The notes beneath the pieces were generated by a model. The model worked only from the letters and a program-made list of their open reading frames with translations. It was not told the DNA's origin and did no database searches. Made by a program: the position numbers and the translations under genes. Below are positions 11,658-23,045 of a stretch of DNA of 64,000 nt, one piece after another. The stretch's first letter is position 1; every line of letters starts with the position of its first letter. Source of the DNA: Bugula neritina (lineage: Eukaryota; Animalia; Bryozoa); assembly GCA_964035545.1 (NCBI GenBank), contig OZ037768.1, forward strand, positions 17,033,875 to 17,097,874. The letters are read 5' to 3'.

Positions 11658-14600
11658 ATGAAGGGGGACTTAGAGTATGCAGGACATGCTCATTCTAGCA
11701 AAGAATCAGACCGAAGGTCACCTGTGATATCAGGACTTGGAGTTATTGCTATCACAGGTTTACTCATTACAGTAACCACAGCTGGTACTATATTCGGAGT
11801 TCATCTACTCAACAGAATTGATAATCTACAGGTAAGTTTTTCCTTTTGATAATAAAAAAATTGAAGTAATAAAGACTTTTATTCAAGATATTACCTAAAT
11901 AAAACATTTTTACAGCTGACATTAAAAATAACTTTACAACCAATTAAAGCATCACTTAACTGACAACATGCCCAAATATGCTCATAATTAATGCAGGTAT
12001 TGGAATCTCAAGTTTCCCAATTGCAGAGCGAGAATCTTGAACTGAAAGCCAAAGTTGCAGAACATGACTTGAAAATATCCAAAATTGAGGACAATCCCAG
12101 AGCAATCTATGCTACTGACAGCAAACTAACCAGAAGGAAGAGATCAGCCAGTGGTACAATTGACTACGGCTACACTGATGACAGACACAAGTATGCCTAT
12201 GGAACAGGTGGCGGAGGTATGTTTGCTGCCCTAAACATTTTCTAATATGGCACATCATCCAACAGCAATTTCGGTAATCCGACAAAACTTCTTGTGGTAT
12301 TTAAATGAATAGTGTTATTGAGAGTGTGCAAATTTTTACCATATACTCAACTAATTTTATGATTTTAAATTTTATTAGCATGCGCCTGCCCAGCTGGTCC
12401 ACAAGGTCCCCCAGGTCCTCCAGGTCCCAAAGGAGACAGAGGAGATGCTGGTAGACCAGGTTACAATGGTCAACCAGGTCCAGTTGGAGCCACTGGTACA
12501 GCTGGAGTTGGTCTCAAAGGACAAAGAGGTGCCACTGGTTCCACTGGTGTTCGAGGACAAGGATCTGTTGGTGCACCAGGATATGATGGTAAAGATGGTC
12601 TGCCTGGAGTACCTGGTAGAGATGGAGATACCGGCCCAATGGGAGCACCTGGTGTTCCAGGATATGATGGTAAAGATGGAGCTCCAGGACTACCTGGTCA
12701 AGATGGTAACAATGGTTTGCCTGGACGAGATGGTGTTGATGGTCAAGATGGAGAGCCAGGAGCTCGAGGATTACCTGGATATGATGGTAAAGATGGAGCT
12801 CCAGGCCCACAAGGCTTGCCAGGACGACAAGGTGAACGAGGATTTGATGGTCAACCAGGAGCAGCCGGAAAAGATGGTGCTCCAGGACCAGCTGGACCTC
12901 AAGGTGCTCCCGGAAAAGATGGTACCGATGGTCGACATGGTACAGATGGAAACCATGGTAATGATGGGCAAGATGGACAACCAGGCCAACCAGGAGAACC
13001 CGGACCACAAGGTCAACCAGGACCACAAGGAGGCCGAGGTCATCCAGGAAGAGATGGATCTGATGGTCAACCAGGAGAGCCTGGCAGAGATGGAGTTGAT
13101 GGAGCTCCAGGAGCACCAGGATATGATGGACAAGATGGACAACCAGGACCTTCAGGTCAACCAGGACCACAAGGAGCACCCGGTGAGCGTGGACAAGCAG
13201 GAGCACCAGGAAGAGATGGTGTGGATGGCGCACCAGGTCAGCCAGGAGAAAGAGGATCACAAGGTTCAGCCGGAAGAGATGGAGTTGATGGCCAACCAGG
13301 CCCAGCAGGTAGAGATGGTGTTGATGGCAAACCAGGTGCACCTGGATTTGATGGACAAGATGGTCAGCCAGGACCAGCTGGTCAACCAGGCCAGCCTGGC
13401 TCTCGTGGTGATCAAGGCCCTGCTGGTGCTCCAGGTAGAGATGGAGTTGATGGTCAGCCAGGACAAATAGGCCAAACTGGTGCTCCAGGACAACGTGGTG
13501 AACCAGGAGCACAAGGAGCATCAGGAAGAGATGGCAGTGATGGTCAACCAGGACAACGCGGACCAGCAGGCGCACCAGGTTTAGATGGACAAGATGGTCA
13601 ACCAGGAACACCAGGACAAGCAGGACAACAAGGAGCTGTGGGACCACAAGGAGCTCCAGGACCTCAAGGTGCACCTGGTGCACCTGGAGTAGCAGGAGCT
13701 GATGGATTTGATGGACAAGATGGTCAACCAGGACAAACTGGTGCACCTGGGCAAAGAGGAGAAGCTGGACAACCAGGGGCTGCAGGTAGAGATGGTATTG
13801 ATGGAGCACCAGGACAGCCAGGAAGAGATGGAGTTAATGGTCAGCCAGGACAGCAAGGAGCACCTGGACAAAGAGGACAAGATGGAGCACCTGGACAAAT
13901 TGGTGCACCAGGACAGCAAGGAGCACCAGGAGCACAAGGAGCACCAGGTCAACGAGGACAACAAGGAGCATCTGGAAGCCCTGGAAGAGATGGCAGTGAT
14001 GGTCAAAATGGTCAACCAGGACAACAAGGAGCACCAGGTCAACCTGGTCAAGCAGGTGCTCCAGGACAAGTTGGAGCTCCTGGTCAACAGGGAGCACCAG
14101 GACAACAAGGACAGCCAGGATCACAAGGTGCACCAGGCCAAAGAGGTCAAGCTGGAGCACCAGGACAAGCTGGAGCAGCTGGACAGCCAGGAGCTGCTGG
14201 TCAACCAGGTAGAGATGGTGCTGCTGGACAACCAGGACAACAAGGTGCACAAGGTCAACCAGGTACTCCAGGACAAGCTGGTGCACCAGGTCAATCTGGA
14301 GCACCAGGTCAACAAGGTGCTGCAGGCGCTCCAGGAGCACCCGGACAGAGAGGTCAAGCTGGGCAACCAGGCACAGCTGGACAAGCCGGAGCACCAGGAC
14401 AAGTCGGAGCACCAGGACAAGCTGGAGCACCAGGACGAGATGGACAGGCAGGCGCTCGAGGACAAGCAGGAGCAGCTGGTAGAGATGGAAACAATGGAGC
14501 ACCTGGAGCACCAGGTAGAGATGGCAGCGATGGACAGCCAGGTCAGCCAGGAACATCAGGAGCACCTGGAACCCCAGGCCAACAAGGAGCACCTGGTCAA

Positions 14601-17600
14601 CAAGGAGCACCAGGCACACCAGGCCGAGATGGAGCTGCTGGTCAACCCGGTCAACAAGGAGCACCAGGACAAAGAGGTCAAGCTGGAGCACCAGGACAAG
14701 CTGGAGCAGCTGGACAGCCAGGAGCTGCTGGTCAACCAGGTAGAGATGGTGCTGCTGGACAACCAGGACAACAAGGAACACCAGGACAGGCTGGAGCACC
14801 AGGGCAAGCTGGAGCACCAGGACAACAAGGAGCACCTGGCCAACGTGGTCAAGCTGGATCTCCAGGACAGGCAGGAGCAGCTGGTCAACCAGGCGCTGCT
14901 GGACAACCAGGAAGAGATGGTGCCGCTGGTCAACCAGGTCAACAAGGTGCAGCAGGACAACCAGGTCAAGCTGGTGCCCCAGGACAACGAGGCCAAGCAG
15001 GAGCACCCGGTCAACAAGGAGCACCAGGTACACCAGGAAGAGATGGGGTTGCTGGCCAACCTGGCCAACAAGGAGCACCAGGACAAAGAGGACAAGCTGG
15101 AGCACCAGGTCAAGCTGGAGCACCAGGACAAGCTGGAGCACCTGGTCAAGCCGGACAAGCAGGTCAACAAGGGGCACCTGGTCAACAAGGAGCACCAGGC
15201 ACACCAGGCCGAGATGGCGCTGCTGGTCAACCAGGACAACAAGGAGCACCTGGACAAAGAGGTCAAGCCGGATCACCAGGACAAGCTGGAGCAGCTGGAC
15301 AACCAGGAGCAGCTGGTCAACCAGGTAGAGATGGTGCAGCTGGACAACCAGGACAGCAAGGAGCTCCAGGACAGGCTGGAGCACCAGGACAAGCTGGAGC
15401 ACCAGGACAACAAGGAGCACCTGGACAAAGAGGCCAAGCTGGAGCCCCAGGTCAAACTGGAGCAGCTGGACAACCAGGTGCTGCTGGACAACCAGGAAGA
15501 GATGGTGCTGCTGGTCAACCGGGTCAACAAGGTGCAGCAGGACAAGCTGGAGCACCAGGACAAGCTGGAGCTCCTGGTCAAGCTGGAGCACCAGGTCAAC
15601 GAGGACAAGCTGGAGCACCAGGTAGAGATGGTAGCAATGGTCAACCAGGTGCTGCCGGAAGAGATGGAGCACCTGGTCAACAGGGAGCACAAGGTCAACC
15701 TGGTACACCAGGTCAAGCTGGAGCACCAGGTCAACGTGGCGCTGCAGGCACACCAGGACAAGCAGGAGCACCTGGACAGGCTGGAGCACAAGGAGCACCC
15801 GGTCAAAGAGGTCAAGCTGGAGCACCAGGTCAACAAGGAGCAGCTGGACAACCAGGTGCTGCTGGACAACCAGGAAGAGATGGTGCTGCTGGTCAACCAG
15901 GTCAGCAAGGCGCAGCAGGACAGCCAGGTACTCCAGGCCAAGCTGGAGCTCCTGGTCAAGCTGGAGCACCAGGACAACAAGGACAAGCAGGTGCACCAGG
16001 ACAAGCTGGAGCCCCTGGTCAATCTGGAGCACCAGGTCAAAGAGGAGCAGCTGGACAACCAGGTGCTGCTGGTCAACCAGGAAGAGACGGTGCAGCTGGT
16101 CAACCAGGTCAACAAGGAGCACCAGGACAGAGAGGTCAAGCTGGAGCACCAGGACAAGCTGGAGCAGCTGGACAGCAAGGAGCACCCGGAGCACCAGGTA
16201 GAGATGGTGCAGCTGGTCAACCTGGTCAACAAGGAGCAGCTGGTCAACCAGGAACTCCAGGACAAGCAGGAGCACCAGGTCAACGTGGCGCTGCAGGTAC
16301 ACCAGGACAAGCAGGAGCACCAGGACAACAGGGAGCACAAGGTGCACCTGGAAGAGACGGAAACAACGGGCAACCTGGTCAACAAGGAGCTCAAGGACAA
16401 GCTGGAGCACCTGGTCAACAAGGAGCACCAGGCACACCAGGCCGAGATGGAGCTGCTGGTCAACCCGGTCAACAAGGAGCACCAGGACAAAGAGGTCAAG
16501 CTGGAGCACCAGGACAAACTGGAGCAGCTGGACAACCAGGTGCTGCTGGTCAACCAGGTAGAGATGGTGCAGCTGGACAACCAGGACAGCAAGGAGCTGC
16601 AGGTCAAGCTGGAGCACCAGGACAAGCTGGAGCACCAGGACAACAAGGAGCACCAGGCCAAAGAGGTCAAGCAGGAGCACCAGGTGCAGCAGGACAAGCC
16701 GGAGCTCCAGGAAGAGATGGTGCCGCAGGACAACCAGGTTCTGCCGGTCAGCCAGGTAGAGATGGTGCTGCTGGTCAACCAGGACAACAAGGCGCAGCTG
16801 GTCAACCAGGAACACCTGGTCAACAAGGTGCACCTGGTCAACAAGGAGCACCTGGTCAAAGAGGTCAAGCTGGTGCACCAGGACAAGCTGGAGCAGCTGG
16901 ACAACCAGGAGCTGCAGGTCAACCAGGAAGAGATGGATCTGCTGGACAACCAGGACAAGCTGGAGCACCAGGACAAAGAGGACAAGCTGGAGCACCAGGA
17001 CAAGCTGGAGCAGCTGGACAACCAGGAGCTGCAGGTCAACCAGGAAGAGATGGATCTGCTGGACAACCAGGACAACAAGGTGCACCAGGTCAAGCTGGCG
17101 CACCAGGACAACAAGGTCAAGCAGGTGCTCCAGGAAGAGATGGTGCTGCTGGACAGCCAGGAGCCCAAGGACAACCAGGAACACCAGGACAGCAAGGTGC
17201 CCCAGGTCAACGTGGACAAGCAGGTGCCCAAGGACAGTCAGGAGCACCAGGAGTTCCAGGTAGAGATGGTGCTGTTGGACAACCAGGACAACAAGGAGCC
17301 CCAGGAGCTCCAGGAAGAGATGGAGCTAACGGACAGAATGGACAACCTGGAGCCCAAGGCCAACCAGGAACACCTGGACAACAAGGTGCACCAGGATCAC
17401 CTGGCCGAGATGGCAACAATGGCCAACCTGGAACACCAGGTCAACAAGGAGCAGCTGGGCAAGCAGGAGCCCCAGGACAAGCAGGAGCACCAGGTCAACG
17501 TGGTGCTGCAGGCACACCAGGACAAGCAGGTGCACCAGGACAACAGGGAGCACAAGGCGCACCTGGAAGAGACGGAAACAACGGGCAACCTGGTCAACAA

Positions 17601-20600
17601 GGAGCTCAAGGACAAGCTGGAGCACCTGGTCAACAAGGAGCACCAGGCACACCAGGCCGAGATGGAGCTGCTGGTCAACCCGGTCAACAAGGAGCACCAG
17701 GACAAAGAGGTCAAGCTGGAGCACCAGGACAAACTGGAGCAGCTGGACAACCAGGTGCTGCTGGTCAACCAGGTAGAGATGGTGCAGCTGGACAACCAGG
17801 ACAGCAAGGAGCTGCAGGTCAAGCTGGAGCACCAGGACAAGCTGGAGCTCCAGGACAACAAGGAGCACCAGGCCAAAGAGGTCAAGCAGGAGCACCAGGT
17901 GCAGCAGGACAAGCCGGAGCTCCAGGAAGAGATGGTGCCGCAGGACAACCAGGTTCTGCCGGTCAGCCAGGTAGAGATGGTGCTGCTGGTCAACCAGGAC
18001 AACAAGGCGCAGCTGGTCAACCAGGAACACCTGGTCAACAAGGTGCACCTGGTCAACAAGGAGCACCTGGTCAAAGAGGTCAAGCTGGTGCACCAGGACA
18101 AGCTGGAGCAGCTGGACAACCAGGAGCAGCAGGTCAACCAGGTAGAGATGGCGCTGCTGGTCAACCTGGACAACGAGGAGCTGCTGGTCAACCAGGAACA
18201 CCTGGTCAAGCAGGCGCACCAGGTCAAGCAGGTGCACCTGGTCAACAAGGTCAAGCTGGATCACCAGGACAAGCTGGAGCACCTGGACAACAGGGAGCAC
18301 CAGGCACACCAGGACGAGATGGAGCTGCTGGTCAACCTGGTCAACAAGGAGCACCAGGACAGAGAGGTCAAGCTGGTTCACCAGGTCAAGCTGGAGCACC
18401 AGGACAGGCTGGAGCACCTGGTCAAGCAGGAGCACCAGGACAACAAGGCCAAGCTGGAGCACCAGGACAGGCTGGAGCACCAGGACAAGCAGGAGCACCA
18501 GGTCAAAGAGGTCAAGCTGGTACCCCAGGAGCAGCAGGTAACCCAGGAAGAGATGGTGCCGCCGGTCAACCTGGCCAACAAGGTGCCCCAGGACAACAAG
18601 GACAAGCAGGAGCACCAGGACAAGCAGGAGCACCAGGACAAGCAGGAGCTGCTGGCCGAGATGGCTCAAACGGTAGAGATGGTGCAGTTGGCCAACCTGG
18701 CCAACAAGGTGCACCAGGTCAACAAGGACAAGCAGGAGCACCCGGAGCACCTGGCCGAGATGGCAACACAGGAGCACCAGGAACACCTGGTAGAGATGGA
18801 GCAAACGGTCAAGCTGGAGCACCTGGACAACGAGGAGCCGCAGGACAGCCAGGTACCCCAGGACAAGCTGGAGCACCAGGACAAGCTGGCCAACAAGGCG
18901 CTCCAGGTCAAGCTGGAACACCCGGACAACAAGGTGCTGCTGGTCAACCAGGTAGAGATGGTGCTGCTGGACAACCAGGGCAACAAGGCGCAGCAGGTCA
19001 GACTGGAGCTCCAGGACAACCAGGTGCTGCTGGTAGAGATGGTGTTGCTGGTCAACCAGGACAAGCTGGAGCACCTGGACAAAGAGGTCAAGCTGGAGCA
19101 CCAGGACAAGCAGGAGCAGCTGGACAGCCAGGTGCTGCTGGTCAACCAGGTAGAGATGGTGCTGCTGGACAATCAGGTCAAGCCGGACCACAAGGAGCTC
19201 CTGGAACCCCAGGAAGAGATGGTGCAGCTGGTCAGCCAGGACAAGCTGGAGCACCAGGACAAAGAGGTCAAGCTGGAGCACCAGGACAAGCTGGAGCAGC
19301 TGGACAGCCCGGTGCTGCTGGTCAACCAGGTAGAGATGGTGCTGCTGGACAATCAGGTCAAGCCGGACCACAAGGAGCTCCTGGAACCCCAGGAAGAGAT
19401 GGTGCAGCTGGTCAGCCAGGACAAGCTGGAGCACCAGGACAAAGAGGACAAGCTGGAGCACCAGGACAAACAGGAGCAGCTGGACAACCAGGTGCTGCTG
19501 GTCAACCAGGTAGAGATGGCGCTGCTGGACAATCAGGTGCTGCTGGACGTGATGGCAACACAGGTGCTCCAGGTGCACCAGGCAGAGATGGTGCTCCTGG
19601 TCAACCAGGACAGCAAGGAGCTCCAGGACAAGCTGGAGCACCAGGACAAGCTGGAGCTCAAGGACAACAAGGTGCAGCTGGTCAAAGAGGACAAGCTGGT
19701 GCACCAGGACAAGCCGGTAGAGATGGAGCACCTGGTCAACCTGGTGCTGCAGGCAGAGATGGTGTGAATGGAAGAGATGGACAATCTGGACAGCCCGGTC
19801 AAGCTGGAGCACCAGGCCAAGCTGGTGCCCCAGGACAAGCAGGCTCAAGAGGACAAGCAGGTGCACCAGGTCAAGCTGGAGCACCAGGACAGGCTGGAGC
19901 ACCTGGACAACAGGGAGCACCAGGCACACCAGGACGAGATGGAGCTGCTGGTCAACCTGGTCAACAAGGAGCACCAGGACAGAGAGGTCAAGCTGGAGCA
20001 CCAGGACAAGCTGGAGCACCAGGACAAGCTGGAGCACCTGGTCAAGCAGGAGCACCAGGACAACAAGGTCAAGCTGGAGCACCAGGACAGGCTGGAGCAC
20101 CAGGACAAGCAGGAGCTGCAGGCAGAGATGGTGCTAATGGACAAGATGGAAGACAAGGAGCTCCAGGAAGAGATGGTGCTAATGGTCAACCAGGACAACA
20201 AGGTGCCCCAGGACAACAAGGACAAGCAGGAGCACCAGGACAAGCAGGAGCACCAGGACAACCAGGAGCTGCTGGCCGTGATGGCTCAAACGGAAGAGAT
20301 GGTGCCAATGGTCAACCTGGCCAACAAGGAGCCCCAGGACAACAAGGACAAGCAGGAGCACCAGGACAAGCAGGAGCACCAGGTCAAGCTGGAGCTGCAG
20401 GCAGAGATGGTGCTAATGGACAAGACGGAAGACAAGGAGCTCCAGGAAGAGATGGTGCCAATGGTCAACCAGGACAGCAAGGAGCTCAAGGAGCACCAGG
20501 ACAAGCAGGAGCCCCAGGACAAGCAGGAGCACCTGGTCAAGCTGGAGCTCAAGGAGCACCAGGACAAGCAGGATCACCAGGACAGGCTGGTGCACCTGGA

Positions 20601-22769
20601 CAAGCCGGAGCACCAGGACAAGCAGGCGCTCCAGGACAACAAGGCCAAGCTGGAGCACCAGGACAAGCTGGAGCACCAGGACAAGCAGGAGCTGCAGGCA
20701 GAGATGGTGCTAATGGACAAGATGGAAGACAAGGAGCTCCAGGAAGAGATGGTGCTAATGGTCAACCAGGACAACAAGGTGCCCCAGGACAACAAGGACA
20801 AGCAGGTGCACCAGGACAAGCAGGAGCACCAGGACAACCAGGAGCTGCTGGCCGTGATGGCTCAAACGGAAGAGATGGTGCCAATGGTCAACCTGGCCAA
20901 CAAGGTGCCCCAGGACAACAAGGACAAGCTGGAGCACCAGGACAAGCAGGAGCACCAGGTCAACCTGGAGCCGCAGGCAGAGATGGTGCTAATGGACAAG
21001 ATGGAAGACAAGGAGCTCCAGGAAGAGATGGTGCCAATGGTCAACCAGGACAGCAAGGAGCTCAAGGAGCACCAGGACAAGCAGGAGCTCCAGGACAAGC
21101 AGGAGCACCAGGACAACATGGCCAAGCTGGAGCACCAGGACAAGCTGGAGCACCAGGACAAGCAGGTGCAGCTGGACCAGCAGGTTCACCAGGACAACAA
21201 GGAGCACCTGGTGCCCCTGGTAGAGATGGAGTCAATGGCCAAAATGGTCAACAGGGCGCACAGGGAGTTGCTGGACAACCTGGTGCACCAGGTCAAGCAG
21301 GTGCAGCAGGACAACCTGGTACTCCAGGACAAGCAGGAGCACCTGGTCAAGCAGGACCAGCTGGAGCACCAGGACAAGCAGGAGCACCTGGCCAAGCAGG
21401 ACCAGCTGGAGCACCAGGACAACACGGAGTTGCTGGTGCCCCAGGAAACGCTGGAAGAGATGGCGTTAATGGACAAAATGGTCAAGCTGGTGCACAAGGT
21501 CAACCTGGACCAGCTGGACCAGCTGGAGCTCCTGGTAGAGATGGAGTCAATGGTGCCCCTGGACATCCAGGAAGTAATGGCGCACCAGGTGTTCCAGGAA
21601 GAGATGGTGTAAATGGACAAGCAGGAGTTAACGGACAACCAGGAGCACAAGGACCAGCTGGAGCACCAGGAAGCAATGGTGTTAATGGCCAGCAAGGAGC
21701 TCCAGGACCTGCTGGAAGAGATGGCAATCCTGGTGCACCAGGACGAGATGGCGCTAACGGACAAGCTGGACCTGCTGGACCCGCAGGTGCTAATGGACAA
21801 AATGGTGCCGCAGGCCGTGATGGAAATCCAGGTCCAGCAGGACCTGCAGGACAGCCTGGAGCACCAGGAGTTAATGGACAGAATGGACAAGATGGTCTTC
21901 CAGGAGTACCTGGTAGAGATGGAGTCAATGGTCAATCAGGTCAAAGAGGAGCCCAAGGACAACGAGGAGATACTGGAGCACCAGGACCTCAAGGTGCTGC
22001 AGGTGCACCAGGCCAGCATGGTGCCCCAGGTAGAGATGGAAATACTGGAGCACCAGGAAATGATGGAGCTCAAGGAGCACCAGGAGTACCAGGATATGAT
22101 GGTCAAGATGGACAACCAGGACAGCAAGGAGCACCTGGACCACAAGGTCCTCAAGGTAACTCTGGTCCAGCAGGACCTGCAGGACGAGATGGTCAAAATG
22201 GAGCACCAGGAGTACCAGGATATGATGGTCAAGATGGTAGACCCGGCCCACAAGGAGCACCTGGACCACAAGGAGCACGAGGAAACACAGGGCAAGCAGG
22301 GGCACGTGGTAGCGATGGCAAAGATGGCGCACCTGGTGTACCAGGATATGATGGCCAGCCAGGAGCCAACGGTGAACGTGGACCCGCAGGACCTGCAGGA
22401 CGAGATGGTAATCCAGGAGCACCAGGACACGATGGTGCACCAGGCGATGCTGGAGCACCCGGAGTAGATGGTGCACCTGGAGTGCCCGGAAGAGATGGCT
22501 ATGATGGACTACCAGGAAAAGATGGTGAACGAGGACCAGCAGGACCAGCAGGAGCAGCTGGCCATGATGGCAGACCAGGACCCCAAGGAGCACCAGGTGT
22601 TGATGGAGTAGATGGCAAAGATGGTTTACCAGGATTTGATGGACTACCAGGAGCACCTGGTCTAGATGGTGTGGATGGTGCACCAGGCCAAACTGGCGCC
22701 ACCGGACCAATCAGAATTATCGGCAAACCAGATCCAAATGCAGTAGGCGGTTATGCCAAAAGAAGATAA
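11658..22769 (+). CDS. Giant type II membrane-anchored, furin-released collagen A (cuticle-collagen-like, about 3594 aa, Ala/Gln-rich helix)
   Basis: Coding exons 11658-11831 ([38 protein letters not shown]..), 11997-12216 (coiled coil [31 protein letters not shown], furin site RRKR, DYGY..KYAYG) and 12379-22769 (ACACPA, Gly-X-Y, tail [21 protein letters not shown]). Intron phases 0 and 1 join in frame; total 10785 nt. The ORF-track start at 12639 is an internal Met. Confidence 0.92.
16260..18165 (+). repeat. Internal near-identical duplication within collagen A (about 16260-16950 repeated at about 17475-18165; offset 1215 nt)
   Basis: Marker gaagagacggaaacaacggg at 16351 and 17566; the flanking ~0.7 kb matches with few substitutions. 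Confidence 0.85.
19050..19535 (+). repeat. 180-nt (60-aa) tandem repeat within collagen A
   Basis: Blocks starting at 19141 and 19321 are nearly identical (gtcaaccaggtagagatggtgctgctggacaatcaggtcaagccggaccacaagg...). Confidence 0.85.
20050..21110 (+). repeat. Higher-order tandem repeat within collagen A (279+297 = 576 nt period)
   Basis: The [12 protein letters not shown]-coding marker ggcagagatggtgctaatggacaaga recurs at about 20121, 20400, 20697 and 20976. Confidence 0.8.
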
Positions 22770-23039
22770 ATGACATAATATTTCTTATTACCTTATAATT
22801 TCATTACTATGTATACAATCAAGCACAGAGTGGAGGCTTGAACTGAAAGGACATCACAGCATTATTTTTATATTGTCCCATTTCTGTAAATATTTATGGT
22901 AATCAGACTTTAGGATAGTTATGGTTATAACTACATCAGTTGAGACATTATAATAATGTTCTACACTATTCATATTTTTGTTGCGTTATTGTTATGTTAT
23001 TATTTTAGTCCAGAACTGCTCAAAACCTAATACAGGTTC

Positions 23040-23045
23040 AATAAA
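23040..23045 (+). terminator. Putative polyadenylation signal of collagen A
   Basis: First AATAAA downstream of the stop at 22769. Confidence 0.55.

Noticed and set aside
11901-11965. Alternative acceptor TTTTTACAG (11915) for collagen A
   Set aside because: It leads to an in-frame TGA after 15 codons; the acceptor at 11996 keeps the frame.
13702-19767. 2021-aa Q/E/D/H/L/V-rich ORF in the +1 frame (also 12445-13470, 19768-22467, 36079-40863, 40867-44913)
   Set aside because: A shadow of Gly-X-Y codon periodicity. Stops in this frame need Val/Leu/Ile/Met codons in the collagen frame, which are rare. There is no independent start context or splice link.
12514-22710. Many long antisense ORFs (LVHLV- and SWCS-type) over both collagens
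   Set aside because: Reverse-complement artefacts of the repetitive GGA/GGT/CCA codon usage.
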